DNA of 64,000 bases from an uncultured Gemmatimonadales bacterium (GCA_963847895.1 CAWKBO010000001.1:813266-877265), one strand, 5' to 3'; shown: positions 29,700 through 39,806, counted from the first letter of the stretch. The notes: a model not told the origin generated them from the sequence alone. A program made the numbers and translations.

Positions 29700-30274
29700 C
29701 AGCCCGCCCCGAGACCGGCGAAGCCCATGAAGGCAAGCGACAGGCAGGTGGCGATCATCAGTGTGAGCCCGAATCCGCGCGCCGAAGCGGGGATCTCCCC
29801 CAGCTCGGTGCGCTCACGAATCGAGGCCATCAGAACCAGCGCCAGGGTGAGTCCCATCCCCGCCCCGAGGGCGAACGCGAGCCCCTCGAGCAGGGTGTAG
29901 CCGCGGTTGGTCTGGAAGATCGCCAGTCCCAGGATCGCGCAGTTGGTGGTGATCAGCGGCAGGTAGATCCCCAGTGCCCGGAACAGCGCCGGCGAGATCT
30001 TCTTGATCGCCATCTCCACGATCTGCACCAACGACGCGATCACCACGATGAAGGCGATGATCCGCAGGAACGGCGCTGCCACCAGCACATAGGCGTTGAG
30101 CAGCCAGACCGCGAGCGCGGTGATCACCATCACGAAGATGTTGGCCATCCCCAGCCGCAACGCCGTGGCCACCCGGCCGGTGACACCGAAGAACGGGCAG
30201 AGCCCGAGGAACAGCGTCAGGGTGAAGTTGTTCACCAGCAGTGCGGAGATGAGGATCCACGAGAGGTTCTTCAT
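29699..30274 (-). CDS. rnfA: Rnf electron transport complex subunit A
   Basis: LVNNFTLTLFLGLCPFFG, LGIYLPLITTNCAILG. Confidence 0.95.
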   Translation of the reverse strand: MKNLSWILISALLVNNFTLTLFLGLCPFFGVTGRVATALRLGMANIFVMVITALAVWLLNAYVLVAAPFLRIIAFIVVIASLVQIVEMAIKKISPALFRALGIYLPLITTNCAILGLAIFQTNRGYTLLEGLAFALGAGMGLTLALVLMASIRERTELGEIPASARGFGLTLMIATCLSLAFMGFAGLGAG

Positions 30275-30918
30275 GCGGCCTCCAGCGCACGGCGCTTCGC
30301 CGTGCCGCGCCGACGGCGCTCGACCCGCCAGCCGAGCACCAGCATCAGGCCGCCGAGCGTGAGGAAGCCGCCGGGGGGAAGGACCATGATCACCCAGGGT
30401 TCGAAGCGCGGGCCGAGCAGGTCCACACCGAGCAGCGCCCCGGTGCCGAGGAGTTCGCGCACCGCACTCATCAGGACCAGGATGACCGTGAATCCCGCCG
30501 CGGTCCCCAACGCGTCGAGCGCGGAGCGGCCCACCGAATTGCGCGACGCGAACGCCTCGGCCCGGCCGAGAATCATGCAGTTGACCACGATCAGGGCCAC
30601 GAAGGGCCCAAGCTGCTTGTGCACGGTGGGCACCATGGCCTCGAGCAACATGTCGGCAATCGTCACGAAGGTGGCGATGATCAGCACGTAGGACGTGATC
30701 CGGACCTCGTGCGGGATCAGCTTCTTGAGCGATGCTACCAACACGTTGGAACCGAGGAGCACGAACGCGGTGGCTCCGGCCATCGCCAGGCCATTGGCCA
30801 CGCTGTTGGTGACCGCCAGCGTGGGGCAGAGCCCGAGCATCTGCACCACCACCGGATTCTCGCGCCAGACGCCCCGCAGGAAGTCGTCGAAGGTCGCCGG
30901 CTGGGCCGCGGCGGTCAT
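30271..30918 (-). CDS. rnfE: Rnf subunit E
   Basis: ENPVVVQMLGLCPTLAVT, LIVVNCMILGRAEAFA, LPPGGF. Confidence 0.95.
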   Translation of the reverse strand: MTAAAQPATFDDFLRGVWRENPVVVQMLGLCPTLAVTNSVANGLAMAGATAFVLLGSNVLVASLKKLIPHEVRITSYVLIIATFVTIADMLLEAMVPTVHKQLGPFVALIVVNCMILGRAEAFASRNSVGRSALDALGTAAGFTVILVLMSAVRELLGTGALLGVDLLGPRFEPWVIMVLPPGGFLTLGGLMLVLGWRVERRRRGTAKRRALEAA

Positions 30919-31580
30919 GGCGTCCCCCCCTGCAGGTAGGCCTGCAGCAACGGCTGCCATCGCGCCGTGGCGTTGTTGATGATCCGGAGCACCGCCCGCG
31001 ACGAGATCGTCGCCCCGGTGATCGTCTGCACCTGGTCGGAATCGGTGGCCGCCGCCTTGACGCCCCGCACCGGCGTCGTGACCCCAGTGAACTCGTCCAT
31101 GAATGCCGGCCGGTCGATCTTGTCGCCGAGCCCGGGCGTCTCCTTGTGACCCAGGATCTTCATCCCCAGCAGCATGCCGCTGGTGGGATCGATCCCGAAG
31201 ATCAGCGAGATCACGTCGGAAAACCCCGGCTCGGCTGCGGTCACCGCGGCACCGACGAGCGTGCCCCCGGCGTCATAGCCGAGAAACGCGCGCTCCAGGC
31301 CACGGCCATCGCTGCCCGCTGGCGGCGATGCCCGAAGCACCCCGGAATCGAGGTAGACGGTGTCGAGCCGGGCCGGCTCCTTGAGCACCTCGCGCACGGC
31401 GCTCTCGACCAGCGCTGCCCGGTGTGCCTCGATCGTCGGCAGCGTGCGGGCATAGACCGTGACGATGAGGCCACCGGCCAGTGCACCGGCGAGACCGAGG
31501 GTGGCGAGCAGGCGCCAGGACGAGACCTTCGGCGGCGTCTCGGTGCGCGGTGGTCCGCCGTGCTGGTGACCGTCGGTCAT
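30915..31580 (-). CDS. rnfG: Rnf subunit G (FMN-binding)
   Basis: N-terminal TM, HKETPGLG, ITGATISS flavinylation motif. Confidence 0.93.
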   Translation of the reverse strand: MTDGHQHGGPPRTETPPKVSSWRLLATLGLAGALAGGLIVTVYARTLPTIEAHRAALVESAVREVLKEPARLDTVYLDSGVLRASPPAGSDGRGLERAFLGYDAGGTLVGAAVTAAEPGFSDVISLIFGIDPTSGMLLGMKILGHKETPGLGDKIDRPAFMDEFTGVTTPVRGVKAAATDSDQVQTITGATISSRAVLRIINNATARWQPLLQAYLQGGTP

Positions 31581-32578
31581 CCCCGCACCCTCCGGCCGGT
31601 GCCGAAGACGCGCGGCTGGGTCGCACGATTGATGAACGGCACCACCGCGTTCATCAACAGGATCGCATACATCACGCCCTCGGGAAGCCCGCCCCAGATG
31701 CGGATCACCACCACCAGCACGCCGATGCCTGCACCGAAGACCCAGCGCCCTGCGTTGGTCACCGGCGAGGTGACCATGTCGGTGGCCATGTAGACCGCTC
31801 CCAACATGAGCCCACCCGAGAGCAGCATGAATGACGCCGATGGCCAGTCGGGATCGGCCATGTGCAGCACCGAGGCGAGGGCCGCCGTGGTGGCCAGCAC
31901 ACTCACCGGGATGCGCCAGTTGAGGTAGCCGCGCCAGGCCAGGTAGGCGCCGCCCAGCAGGATCACCACCGCGGCCGTCTCCCCGAGTGACCCGGCGGTT
32001 TTCCCGAGCAGGAGGTCAGGCACCGGCGTGAGCCGTCCCTCGAACTTGAGGAGCCCGAGAGGAGTCGCCTCGGTCAGTGCATCGGTGATCCCGTGCGTGA
32101 ACGGCAGTGCGAAGGTGCCGCCCGCCAACGTCCAGAAGCCCTGCCCCGGGCTCGGCCAGGTGGTGATCGCCACCGGGAACGCCGCCTGAAGGAAGGCACG
32201 ACCGACGAGTGCCGGGTTGAAGACGTTCTGGCCGAGTCCGCCGAAGACGATCTTGCCGATCCCGATCCCGACCATCCCGCCAAGCAGGGCCATCCAGAGC
32301 GGCATCCCGGCCGGCAGGCAGAGCCCGAGCAACAATCCGGTGATCATCGCCGAGCCATCGGCCAGCGTCCGCTCGTTCCCGAGGAATCGCTCGGCGAGCA
32401 GCGCGCCGACACTCGCGGCCGCGATCACCAACAGGGCACTGATGCCGAAAAACCATCCGGCCACCGCCACGACGGGCACCAGGCTCAGGACCACATGCCA
32501 CATGATCCTCGGGGTCGAGTCGGGTCCCTTGAGGTGAGGCGAGGCGGTGACGACCAGCGCGGGATCGGTCATCGTCAT
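31577..32578 (-). CDS. rnfD: Rnf subunit D
   Basis: SPHL, KIVFGGLGQNVFNPALVGRAFL, ATPL, GSLGET, MATDMVTSP, LPEGVMYAILLMN. Confidence 0.95.
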   Translation of the reverse strand: MTMTDPALVVTASPHLKGPDSTPRIMWHVVLSLVPVVAVAGWFFGISALLVIAAASVGALLAERFLGNERTLADGSAMITGLLLGLCLPAGMPLWMALLGGMVGIGIGKIVFGGLGQNVFNPALVGRAFLQAAFPVAITTWPSPGQGFWTLAGGTFALPFTHGITDALTEATPLGLLKFEGRLTPVPDLLLGKTAGSLGETAAVVILLGGAYLAWRGYLNWRIPVSVLATTAALASVLHMADPDWPSASFMLLSGGLMLGAVYMATDMVTSPVTNAGRWVFGAGIGVLVVVIRIWGGLPEGVMYAILLMNAVVPFINRATQPRVFGTGRRVRG

Positions 32579-33897
32579 GCCGCCCGGGCGCGCCGCAGCG
32601 CCGCCTTGCCGACCTGAAAGAGCTGCGAGAGCGGGATGTTCGACGGACAGACGAACGAACAGGAGCCACAGAGCATGCAATCGGCCAGGTGCGCCTCGGC
32701 CATCTCCTCGTAGCGGTTCACGCGAGCCAGGTCGCCGAGCAGGGACGGATTGAGAAACACCGGGCAGGCATCGAGGCAGCGACCGCAGTGAATGCAGGGA
32801 TAGACCTGCTCGCCCCGGGTCTCGTGCCGCGACAGCACCACTACCCCCGTGGTCCCCTTGGTCACTGGCGCATCGAGGTTGGCCTGGGCCAGCCCCATCA
32901 TCGGCCCGCCAGCCACCACCTCGGCGGCGTCGGCCGTGAGCCCGCCGCAATGCGCGAAGAGATCGCGCAGCCGGGTGCCGACCGGCACGATCAGGTTGGC
33001 CGGCTTGACCAGGCCGTGTCCGGTGACCGTCACGATCCGCTCGATCAGGGGCAGGCCGGTCTCGAACACTTCCGCGATCGCCGCCGCCGAGCCGACGTTC
33101 TGCACCACCACGCCGGCCGTCACCGGCAGCTTGCCCGAGGCCACCTCCACGCCGGTCACGGCATGGATCAGCATCTTCTCCGCTCCCTGCGGATACTTCA
33201 CGGTGAGCGGCAGGATCGACACGTCGAGGTCGGCCGGAATCGTCCGGGTCAGCGCCTCGACCGCGTCGGGCTTGTTGCGCTCGACGCCGATCACTGCCCT
33301 GGTCACCCCGAGCGTCTGCATCATCACCCGGATCCCGAAGTGCACCCGCTCGGGATACTCCACCATCGTGCGGTGATCCGAGGTGAGGTACGGCTCGCAC
33401 TCGGCGCCGTTGATGATCAGGGTGTGGACCTGGTGATCCCTTGGCGGCGCGAGCTTCACATGGGTGGGAAACCCGGCTCCCCCGAGCCCCACCACGCCCG
33501 CCTGCTGCACGGCCGCCACCACCTCCGCCGTGGAGAGCCCTTCCCAGCGGGCGATCAGCCGAGGTCGGGGCACCTGGGGTGCGTACCGATCGACCGCGAT
33601 GCGCACCGCGAGCGCCATCGAGCCGTCCGGGTGCGGGGCCAGCTCGATCGCGGTCACGATGCCCGCGGCCGAGGCGTGGATGGGCACCGAGATGTAGCCA
33701 TCGGCCTCTCCCACCTTGTCGCCTCGTTCGACCCGGTCGCCGACCTTCACGCAGAGCCGCGCCGGGGTGCCCGCGTGCTGCCGCAGCGGCAGCACGATCT
33801 CGTCGGGGAATGGCATCCGCCGGATCGGGAGCTGGTTGGTCAGCCCCTTGGCCTCGGGCGGGTGAACCCCGTGCCGGAATCCCGTGCCGAACCGCAT
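32575..33897 (-). CDS. rnfC: Rnf subunit C
   Basis: GVHPPE, GLGGAGFPTHVK, NGAECEPYLTSD, KYPQGAEK, GGPMMG and two CxxCxxCxxxCP motifs. Confidence 0.96.
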   Translation of the reverse strand: MRFGTGFRHGVHPPEAKGLTNQLPIRRMPFPDEIVLPLRQHAGTPARLCVKVGDRVERGDKVGEADGYISVPIHASAAGIVTAIELAPHPDGSMALAVRIAVDRYAPQVPRPRLIARWEGLSTAEVVAAVQQAGVVGLGGAGFPTHVKLAPPRDHQVHTLIINGAECEPYLTSDHRTMVEYPERVHFGIRVMMQTLGVTRAVIGVERNKPDAVEALTRTIPADLDVSILPLTVKYPQGAEKMLIHAVTGVEVASGKLPVTAGVVVQNVGSAAAIAEVFETGLPLIERIVTVTGHGLVKPANLIVPVGTRLRDLFAHCGGLTADAAEVVAGGPMMGLAQANLDAPVTKGTTGVVVLSRHETRGEQVYPCIHCGRCLDACPVFLNPSLLGDLARVNRYEEMAEAHLADCMLCGSCSFVCPSNIPLSQLFQVGKAALRRARAA

Positions 33898-36800
33898 CAG
33901 GCGAACCGCTCCGCCCGCTTGACCCACTTGGCGAGGTCCTTCTCGCTGGGATTGAGCGGCGTGCCGGGATGAATCAACGACACCGGACACCGTTCCGCGG
34001 CGAGCACCAGTTGCTGGAACGTCCCGGCGGCGGGGTCCTTGATGTACGCCTGCTTGTCGTCGTTGTAGGCGAACATCCGGTTGTTCAGGTTGGTGCACTC
34101 GTTGCACGTGGTGCAACGCATCGTGTCGATGTACGCCTCCAGCGCCAGGGCATCATCGTCGTCCACCTCCGCGCTCGCCGCCGCGGAGGCCGGAGCGGGA
34201 GCAGGAGTGGCAACCGCTGGCGCAGCGGCCGTGTCGGCGACCGATGCAACCGGCGCCGGCTCCGGGGCCGCGCTCACCGTGACATGGCCATTGCCCGCCA
34301 CTGGGGCGGTCGCGACACCGGGAAGCGAGGCAAGCAGTTCGGCGATCGCGCCGCCGCCGCCCTGCTTCACCAGTGACTCAACCAGGCGCCGGGCGATCTG
34401 GCGGGGATAGCTGGCCCGCATCGTCGCGAGTTCGGCCTCGAACTCGGCCCGGAGCGCCGCTTCCCGGCGTGCGTAGTCGGCGTCGAGGTCGCGCGACACG
34501 ATCTCGCGCACACTGTCGCCGACCTGGATCCCGGCGAGTTGACGCAATTGCGACCAGAACTCGAGCCGCTCCCGGGCGAGGGCGACGATCGTCTCCGAGA
34601 CCCGGATTCGCCGCAACCGGCGCTCGGCGTTCACACTGTGCACGAAGGGGATCTTCCCTGCCCGGTCCTCGGGTGACATCGCCAGGTAGTCGTGGAATGC
34701 CACCATGTCGTCGGTCCAGGCGTCCCGGGGCACCTCGGTGAATTGCGGCTTGAACCGGGACTCCGTCGCGGCCCAGTCGGCGATCGTGAGCGGCAGCGTC
34801 ATCACCTGCTCCACCCCGTCGTCGTCCACGTAGGTGAGCGCGTACTCCGGCCAGTCGGTGTCCACCGACGGGTTGCCCTCGAGGCTGAGGCAATCCGCCA
34901 GGGTCGATCCCCCGTCGGGATCGTAGGTCAGGAACGGGAACGCACGGCTCTCGAGCGACAGTCGGGCAGCGTGCTGGGCCCAGTCGTCGGCCAGGCCATG
35001 CTCCACCGGACATGGCGTGTAGATGTTGAACACGGCAGGCCGCCGCTTGCCGAGCCCCTTGAGCACCCCGGCCAGCAGGTGCGACGCCGCCGCCTGGGAC
35101 GACTGGTGAACGAACACGCCGCGGTGGGCGATGGCCAGCAACCCCAGCTCCTTGCGCACCTCGGTCTTCCCCGACTGCGCCTTCCCGAACGCCGACATGT
35201 CGGCGACCTGGCCGGTGTAACCGCTGGTGCAGGCCTGACCGCCGGTGTTCGAGTAGACCTGGGTATCGAGCACCACCACCCGGATCGGCTTCCCCGACGC
35301 GAGCAGGCGGGAGAGGTTCTGGAAACCGATGTCGAGCATCGCCCCGTCGCCGCCCATCGCCACCATCGGGGGACAGAGGGCGAACTCCTCGTCGGTGAAC
35401 TCCTGCCAGTCGAGCGAGTCGTGCTCACCCGCCACCGTGGCCGGCGGCTCGCCACCCTCGGCGAGCACTCGGGCGCGACGGACGACCAGGAAGCCGTCGG
35501 CCATCTTCCGCATCTGCGCCTCGAAGATTCCGATCGCGATCGATGGTGCGTCCTGGAAGAGGTGGTTCACCCACGGGAACGGATACGGGTTGTAGGGATA
35601 GGTGCTGCCCCAGACCGACGAACAGCCGGTGGAGTTGGCCATGCCCAGGAGCGCGCGGCCCTTGCCACTCGGTCCCTCGATATAGCGCCAGCGCAGGTCG
35701 CGCAGGTCGCGCAGCGAAGCGGTGAGGGCCGCCAGTTCCTGGTGGGCCTCGCTGTCGACCGGCACCGCCACGGCCGTTTCGGCCGCCGCGGCTGCCTCGA
35801 GATCGACTCCACGGCCCACCAGCTCCCGGGCCCGGCTCTCGAGCGCGGCAATGAGGCGGTCGAGCTCGAGCACGTGGCGCTTGACGCGCGGGGCCATCTG
35901 GGCGTGGATGGCTGAAACGATCAGGTGCACCGCCGTCTTCTCGCCGCAGCCCATGCAGGCCCCATCCCCGCCGACCATCGAGCGATAGGCCTCCTTCTTG
36001 AGCAGCAGCGTCGGCAGCACGCCGATGCCCTCGTCGATGTCGTGGATGTTGACGAAGCGGTCATCGGTGTCAGGGAGGCGGTTCCACAGCTCCCAGTTGC
36101 GCCGCAGGCGCGCCAGGATCTCCTGATCCTGACGGACCGTCACCAGTGCACCATCGGGACAGACCTCGACGCAAAGATTGCATCCCTTGCACGCTTCGGG
36201 ATTGATCGTCACCGACAGCAGCCCGCCGGCACCCTTCTGCTTCGCCTCGTGGGCCGTGAAATAGGGCGCGGTCCGGGCCAGCGGGAACTCGTCGAGCCGG
36301 GCCTGGATCACCACCTGCTCGGCGTCGACCGCCGTGCGCCGTTCGGCGTCCCAGGGCATCTTGTCGGCCACCGTGCGATAGGCCTGCGCAAACGCCTCGG
36401 CCACCGGTGGGGCGCCGTCTCGGGCAAGCACCTTCTGGGTCTCGCGGGCCCAGTGCTTGACCACCGGGCGCAGTCCCTCGAACCGCGCGCCATTGGTGGA
36501 GGCCCGAATCGCCGCGTTGAGGATCTCCTCCGGCGAGTTCACCAGTCCCGGGATCGCCGAATCGGGACACTGCACCCAGCACTGGGCGCAGCCGGTGCAA
36601 TTGGCCGCGACGAACGCCGGGACCTCGAGCCGGACTCCGCTCATGTCACGGATGCTGCTGGTCACCGCGGGGATCGCACTGATCGCGGCGAACGGGTCGG
36701 CGATGCCATCCTCGCCCAGCTTGCAGAGGGCGCAGACCTGTTCCCAGAAGCGTCCCTCGTGGCCGATCCCCTCGGCCGCGTGCGCCGCCTCCATGAGCAC

Positions 36801-38957
36801 CGGCATGTGCGGCACCTCGCCCGGCTCGTCCGGCTGGTCATCCACTTCCGGTGCGACCTCCCGGAGTTCGCCGTAGCCACGCCGGATGACCCGGAGGTTG
36901 TCGTCGACCACGTGGGCCCCGCGATGCCCGAACTTCTTCTGCAACTGCTTGGTGATCCCGGAGAAGAGCGCCTCCTCCGAGACGCCTTCCCGCTCGAGCA
37001 GCGGCGAGGTGCGGAAGAAGGCCCCCATGAACGCCGCACCCTGCATCCGGTAGCGCAGGTCGGCATCGGACGCCTCCGCCATCGCGATGGCGAAGGCGTC
37101 GAGGACGTGGAGCCGGATCTTCCGATCGCGGATGGTGCGGCGGGCCTGTGCAGGGAGCGTCTGCCAGAATTCCTCCGGCGTGAGCTCGCTCTGGATCACG
37201 AACACACCGCCCTCGGCAAGACCCTGCAACGGGTCGCTGTGGCGGAAGACGTTCGGGTCGGGCGACAGCACGACGTCGACATGGCGGAGTTCGCAGTTGA
37301 GCCGGATCGGCTCGTGCGCCAGCACGGCGTAGAAGGTCGTCGGCTGTCCCTTCTTCTCCGAGCCATACTTGGGATTGGCCTTGATATGGAGCCCGAAGAG
37401 CTCGAACGCCGTCATCGCGACGTTCTTCCCCATCGTGATCGCACCCCAACCGCCGACCGAGTGGATCCGCAGTGCGGTCGAGCCCGCCGGGAGAAGGTTC
37501 ACCGGCGCAGCAGACGCCAGCGAGAGTCCCGCCAGGTGCGGATAGCTGTCGGCCAACTGCTCCTGCCAGATCTGGAGCTTGGGCACCCGGGTGCCCTGGC
37601 GCAGGAAGTCGATGCCGAGATAGAACTGGCGCCGCCCTGCGCCGGTCGGCAGCATGTTTTCCACGGCCGCGATCAGGTCGCCCGGCTGGAGGTCGCGGCT
37701 CCCGAGCCCGAAGCAGCCGCTGTAGAAATCGGGCACCGCCTCGGGTCGCAGCGGGGTGACCCCCGGATGGGCTTCCGGGCTGCGGTGGTTCTCGACTCCC
37801 TGGGCCATCGCCGCGCGCAGCTCGCGCAGCAGCGGGGCATCGACGGCCAACGGCTGGTCGACCCGCTCGAGCACCACCACGGCGCGCTTGCCCGCGAGCA
37901 GGGCAGTCACCAGGTCGGCGGGGAACGGTCGGAACATCGTCAGGTTGAGCACCCCGACCTTGAGGCCACGCCGCTCACGCAGGTGGTCGACCACCGCCTC
38001 GGCGTTGGACACCACCGACCCCTGTCCCACGATCACGTACTCGGCGTCGTCGAGCCGGTATCCCGACGCCCTGGCGTAGTGCCGTCCCGTCAGCGTGGCG
38101 AACTCCTCGATCGCCTGGTCGGTGAGCGCCATGATGTGGTCGAAGTAGAACGGCCGCTGGGCCGCCACGCCCTGGGCGTAACTGTCCTGGTTCTGCACCG
38201 TGCCGAGCATGGCCGGGTAGTCGAGGTCGAACATCTCCGGGATGCGCCGGCGCCGCTCGCCGAACACCAGCCGCTGGGCGGGGGTCGGCGACGCGATCTG
38301 GTCCGCGGGATCGCCGAGATATGCCTTGATGAGCTCCCGTTCGGGAAGCCGCACCGACTCGATCACGTGGGAGGTAAGGAAGCCGTCCTGCGCCACCAGA
38401 CCGGGGTTGAGCGACAGCTCGGCCACCCGGTGGGCGATCAGGTTCAGGTCGGCGCACTCCTGGACATCCTTGGCGAAGAGCTGGAAGAACCCGGTGTCGT
38501 CGACGGCGTGGTAGTCGTCGTGGCCGGCATGCACATTGAGGGCGTGCTTGGTCATCGCCCTGGCCGCGACGTTGAGCACGTAGGTGAGGCGCTTGCCGAC
38601 TGCGGCGTAGAGCGACTCGTGCATGTACGCGATGCCCTGGCCGCTGGAGAAGTTCGTCGCCCGCAATCCGGCCATGCTCATCCCGGCGGTCACCGCGGCC
38701 GCAGCGTGCTCGCCCTCCGGTTCGAAGAAGAGCAGCCGCCTGCCGTTGACATTGCGTCGGCCATCGGCCACTGCGGCAGCCCAGCCTTCGCCCATCTGGG
38801 TCGAGGGCGTGATCGGGTAGGCCCCGGCCCCCTCACTCGCCGCGGTCTCCATCGCGACGACGGCTGCGCTCCCGTCCATCGCGCGCAGGCTGCCGGGAAA
38901 GCGGGGGGCGACCGGCTGCGTGCCGGCGCGCTTCGACATCCGTCCGGGGAACTTCAT
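33897..38957 (-). CDS. Single-chain pyruvate/2-oxoacid:ferredoxin oxidoreductase (NifJ/PFOR-like), 1686 aa, with an extra C-terminal ferredoxin domain
   Basis: YPITPST, domain III (HSVGGWGAITMGKN...YGSEKKG), CTGCAQCWVQCP and CKGCNLCVEVCP, GACMGCGE, TGCSSVWG, GGDGAMLDIG...DTQVYSNTGGQ (TPP), and C-terminal CTTCNEC...CP after an Ala/Pro linker. Confidence 0.9.
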   Translation of the reverse strand: MKFPGRMSKRAGTQPVAPRFPGSLRAMDGSAAVVAMETAASEGAGAYPITPSTQMGEGWAAAVADGRRNVNGRRLLFFEPEGEHAAAAVTAGMSMAGLRATNFSSGQGIAYMHESLYAAVGKRLTYVLNVAARAMTKHALNVHAGHDDYHAVDDTGFFQLFAKDVQECADLNLIAHRVAELSLNPGLVAQDGFLTSHVIESVRLPERELIKAYLGDPADQIASPTPAQRLVFGERRRRIPEMFDLDYPAMLGTVQNQDSYAQGVAAQRPFYFDHIMALTDQAIEEFATLTGRHYARASGYRLDDAEYVIVGQGSVVSNAEAVVDHLRERRGLKVGVLNLTMFRPFPADLVTALLAGKRAVVVLERVDQPLAVDAPLLRELRAAMAQGVENHRSPEAHPGVTPLRPEAVPDFYSGCFGLGSRDLQPGDLIAAVENMLPTGAGRRQFYLGIDFLRQGTRVPKLQIWQEQLADSYPHLAGLSLASAAPVNLLPAGSTALRIHSVGGWGAITMGKNVAMTAFELFGLHIKANPKYGSEKKGQPTTFYAVLAHEPIRLNCELRHVDVVLSPDPNVFRHSDPLQGLAEGGVFVIQSELTPEEFWQTLPAQARRTIRDRKIRLHVLDAFAIAMAEASDADLRYRMQGAAFMGAFFRTSPLLEREGVSEEALFSGITKQLQKKFGHRGAHVVDDNLRVIRRGYGELREVAPEVDDQPDEPGEVPHMPVLMEAAHAAEGIGHEGRFWEQVCALCKLGEDGIADPFAAISAIPAVTSSIRDMSGVRLEVPAFVAANCTGCAQCWVQCPDSAIPGLVNSPEEILNAAIRASTNGARFEGLRPVVKHWARETQKVLARDGAPPVAEAFAQAYRTVADKMPWDAERRTAVDAEQVVIQARLDEFPLARTAPYFTAHEAKQKGAGGLLSVTINPEACKGCNLCVEVCPDGALVTVRQDQEILARLRRNWELWNRLPDTDDRFVNIHDIDEGIGVLPTLLLKKEAYRSMVGGDGACMGCGEKTAVHLIVSAIHAQMAPRVKRHVLELDRLIAALESRARELVGRGVDLEAAAAAETAVAVPVDSEAHQELAALTASLRDLRDLRWRYIEGPSGKGRALLGMANSTGCSSVWGSTYPYNPYPFPWVNHLFQDAPSIAIGIFEAQMRKMADGFLVVRRARVLAEGGEPPATVAGEHDSLDWQEFTDEEFALCPPMVAMGGDGAMLDIGFQNLSRLLASGKPIRVVVLDTQVYSNTGGQACTSGYTGQVADMSAFGKAQSGKTEVRKELGLLAIAHRGVFVHQSSQAAASHLLAGVLKGLGKRRPAVFNIYTPCPVEHGLADDWAQHAARLSLESRAFPFLTYDPDGGSTLADCLSLEGNPSVDTDWPEYALTYVDDDGVEQVMTLPLTIADWAATESRFKPQFTEVPRDAWTDDMVAFHDYLAMSPEDRAGKIPFVHSVNAERRLRRIRVSETIVALARERLEFWSQLRQLAGIQVGDSVREIVSRDLDADYARREAALRAEFEAELATMRASYPRQIARRLVESLVKQGGGGAIAELLASLPGVATAPVAGNGHVTVSAAPEPAPVASVADTAAAPAVATPAPAPASAAASAEVDDDDALALEAYIDTMRCTTCNECTNLNNRMFAYNDDKQAYIKDPAAGTFQQLVLAAERCPVSLIHPGTPLNPSEKDLAKWVKRAERFA

Positions 38958-39793
38958 GCTGCCTCCGTCCCGGCGATCGCTGGCGCGCGGGTGAACTGTC
39001 CGCCCGTGAGCCACACGATCGCGTTGGTGGGACACCGCCCGACTGCACGCTGCTCGGCAGCGGCGGCCAGGTCTGGGTTGATCACGGCGACACCGGTCTC
39101 CACGCTGATGAGCCCCGGTGCGCCATCGACCACGCACTTGCCGCATGCGGTGCACGCCACGCGACACTGGCGCAACACCTCGTCACCGACCAGCAGGTTG
39201 CGACACTGCACCAGGAGCGGCTGGTCCCCGGGCAAGAGGGTGAACAGGTCCTTGGGGCATGCCTCGACACAGTCGCCACAGGCGGTGCAGGCCACCGGGT
39301 CCACCACCGGGAGCCCCACCTCGTTCATCGCGATCGCGCCGAAGTCACAGGAGCGCTCGCAATCGGCGAGTCCGAGACAGCCCCAGACGCAGCCCTTGCC
39401 GCCGGCGGCAACCGCCGAGGCGGCGCCGCAGGTGGCCACCCCCCGGTACTCCGCCTGTTGCACCGCCACGTCGCGACCCCCGGCGCAGCGCAACCGGGCC
39501 ACCCGCTTCACCGCGGAGCCGACCTCGACGCCGAGATAGTCCGCGATCTGGGAGCGGATCGCGTCGGTGGCCACGCTGCATTCCGCCACCTGGATCTCGC
39601 CGGCCACCGCCCGCTCGGCGAACGCCCTGCATCCGGGAAGGCCACACGCACCGCAATTGGCGCCGGGCAGGATCGCGCTGACCACGCCGATGCGCGGATC
39701 CTCCCACACCGCGAGCCGGGCGTTGGCCACCGCGATGAGGATGCCGAACACCAGGCCCACGCCACCAAGGACCAGGATCGCGTCGAGGACCAT
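38954..39793 (-). CDS. rnfB: Rnf subunit B (polyferredoxin)
   Basis: N-terminal TM, LPGANCGACGLPGC, GCLGLADCERSC, CTACGDCVEACP, CTACGKC. Confidence 0.92.
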   Translation of the reverse strand: MVLDAILVLGGVGLVFGILIAVANARLAVWEDPRIGVVSAILPGANCGACGLPGCRAFAERAVAGEIQVAECSVATDAIRSQIADYLGVEVGSAVKRVARLRCAGGRDVAVQQAEYRGVATCGAASAVAAGGKGCVWGCLGLADCERSCDFGAIAMNEVGLPVVDPVACTACGDCVEACPKDLFTLLPGDQPLLVQCRNLLVGDEVLRQCRVACTACGKCVVDGAPGLISVETGVAVINPDLAAAAEQRAVGRCPTNAIVWLTGGQFTRAPAIAGTEAA

Positions 39794-39806
39794 TGCTCCC
39801 CCTGCC

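Noticed and set aside
35925..39539. Very long plus-strand ORF (1204 aa) and similar antisense ORFs such as 47919-50690 (-), 28181-30691 (+) and 22244-24454 (+)
   Set aside because: They are antisense shadows of well-supported genes. High-GC codon bias suppresses stop codons on the opposite strand, and the translations have no recognisable motifs.
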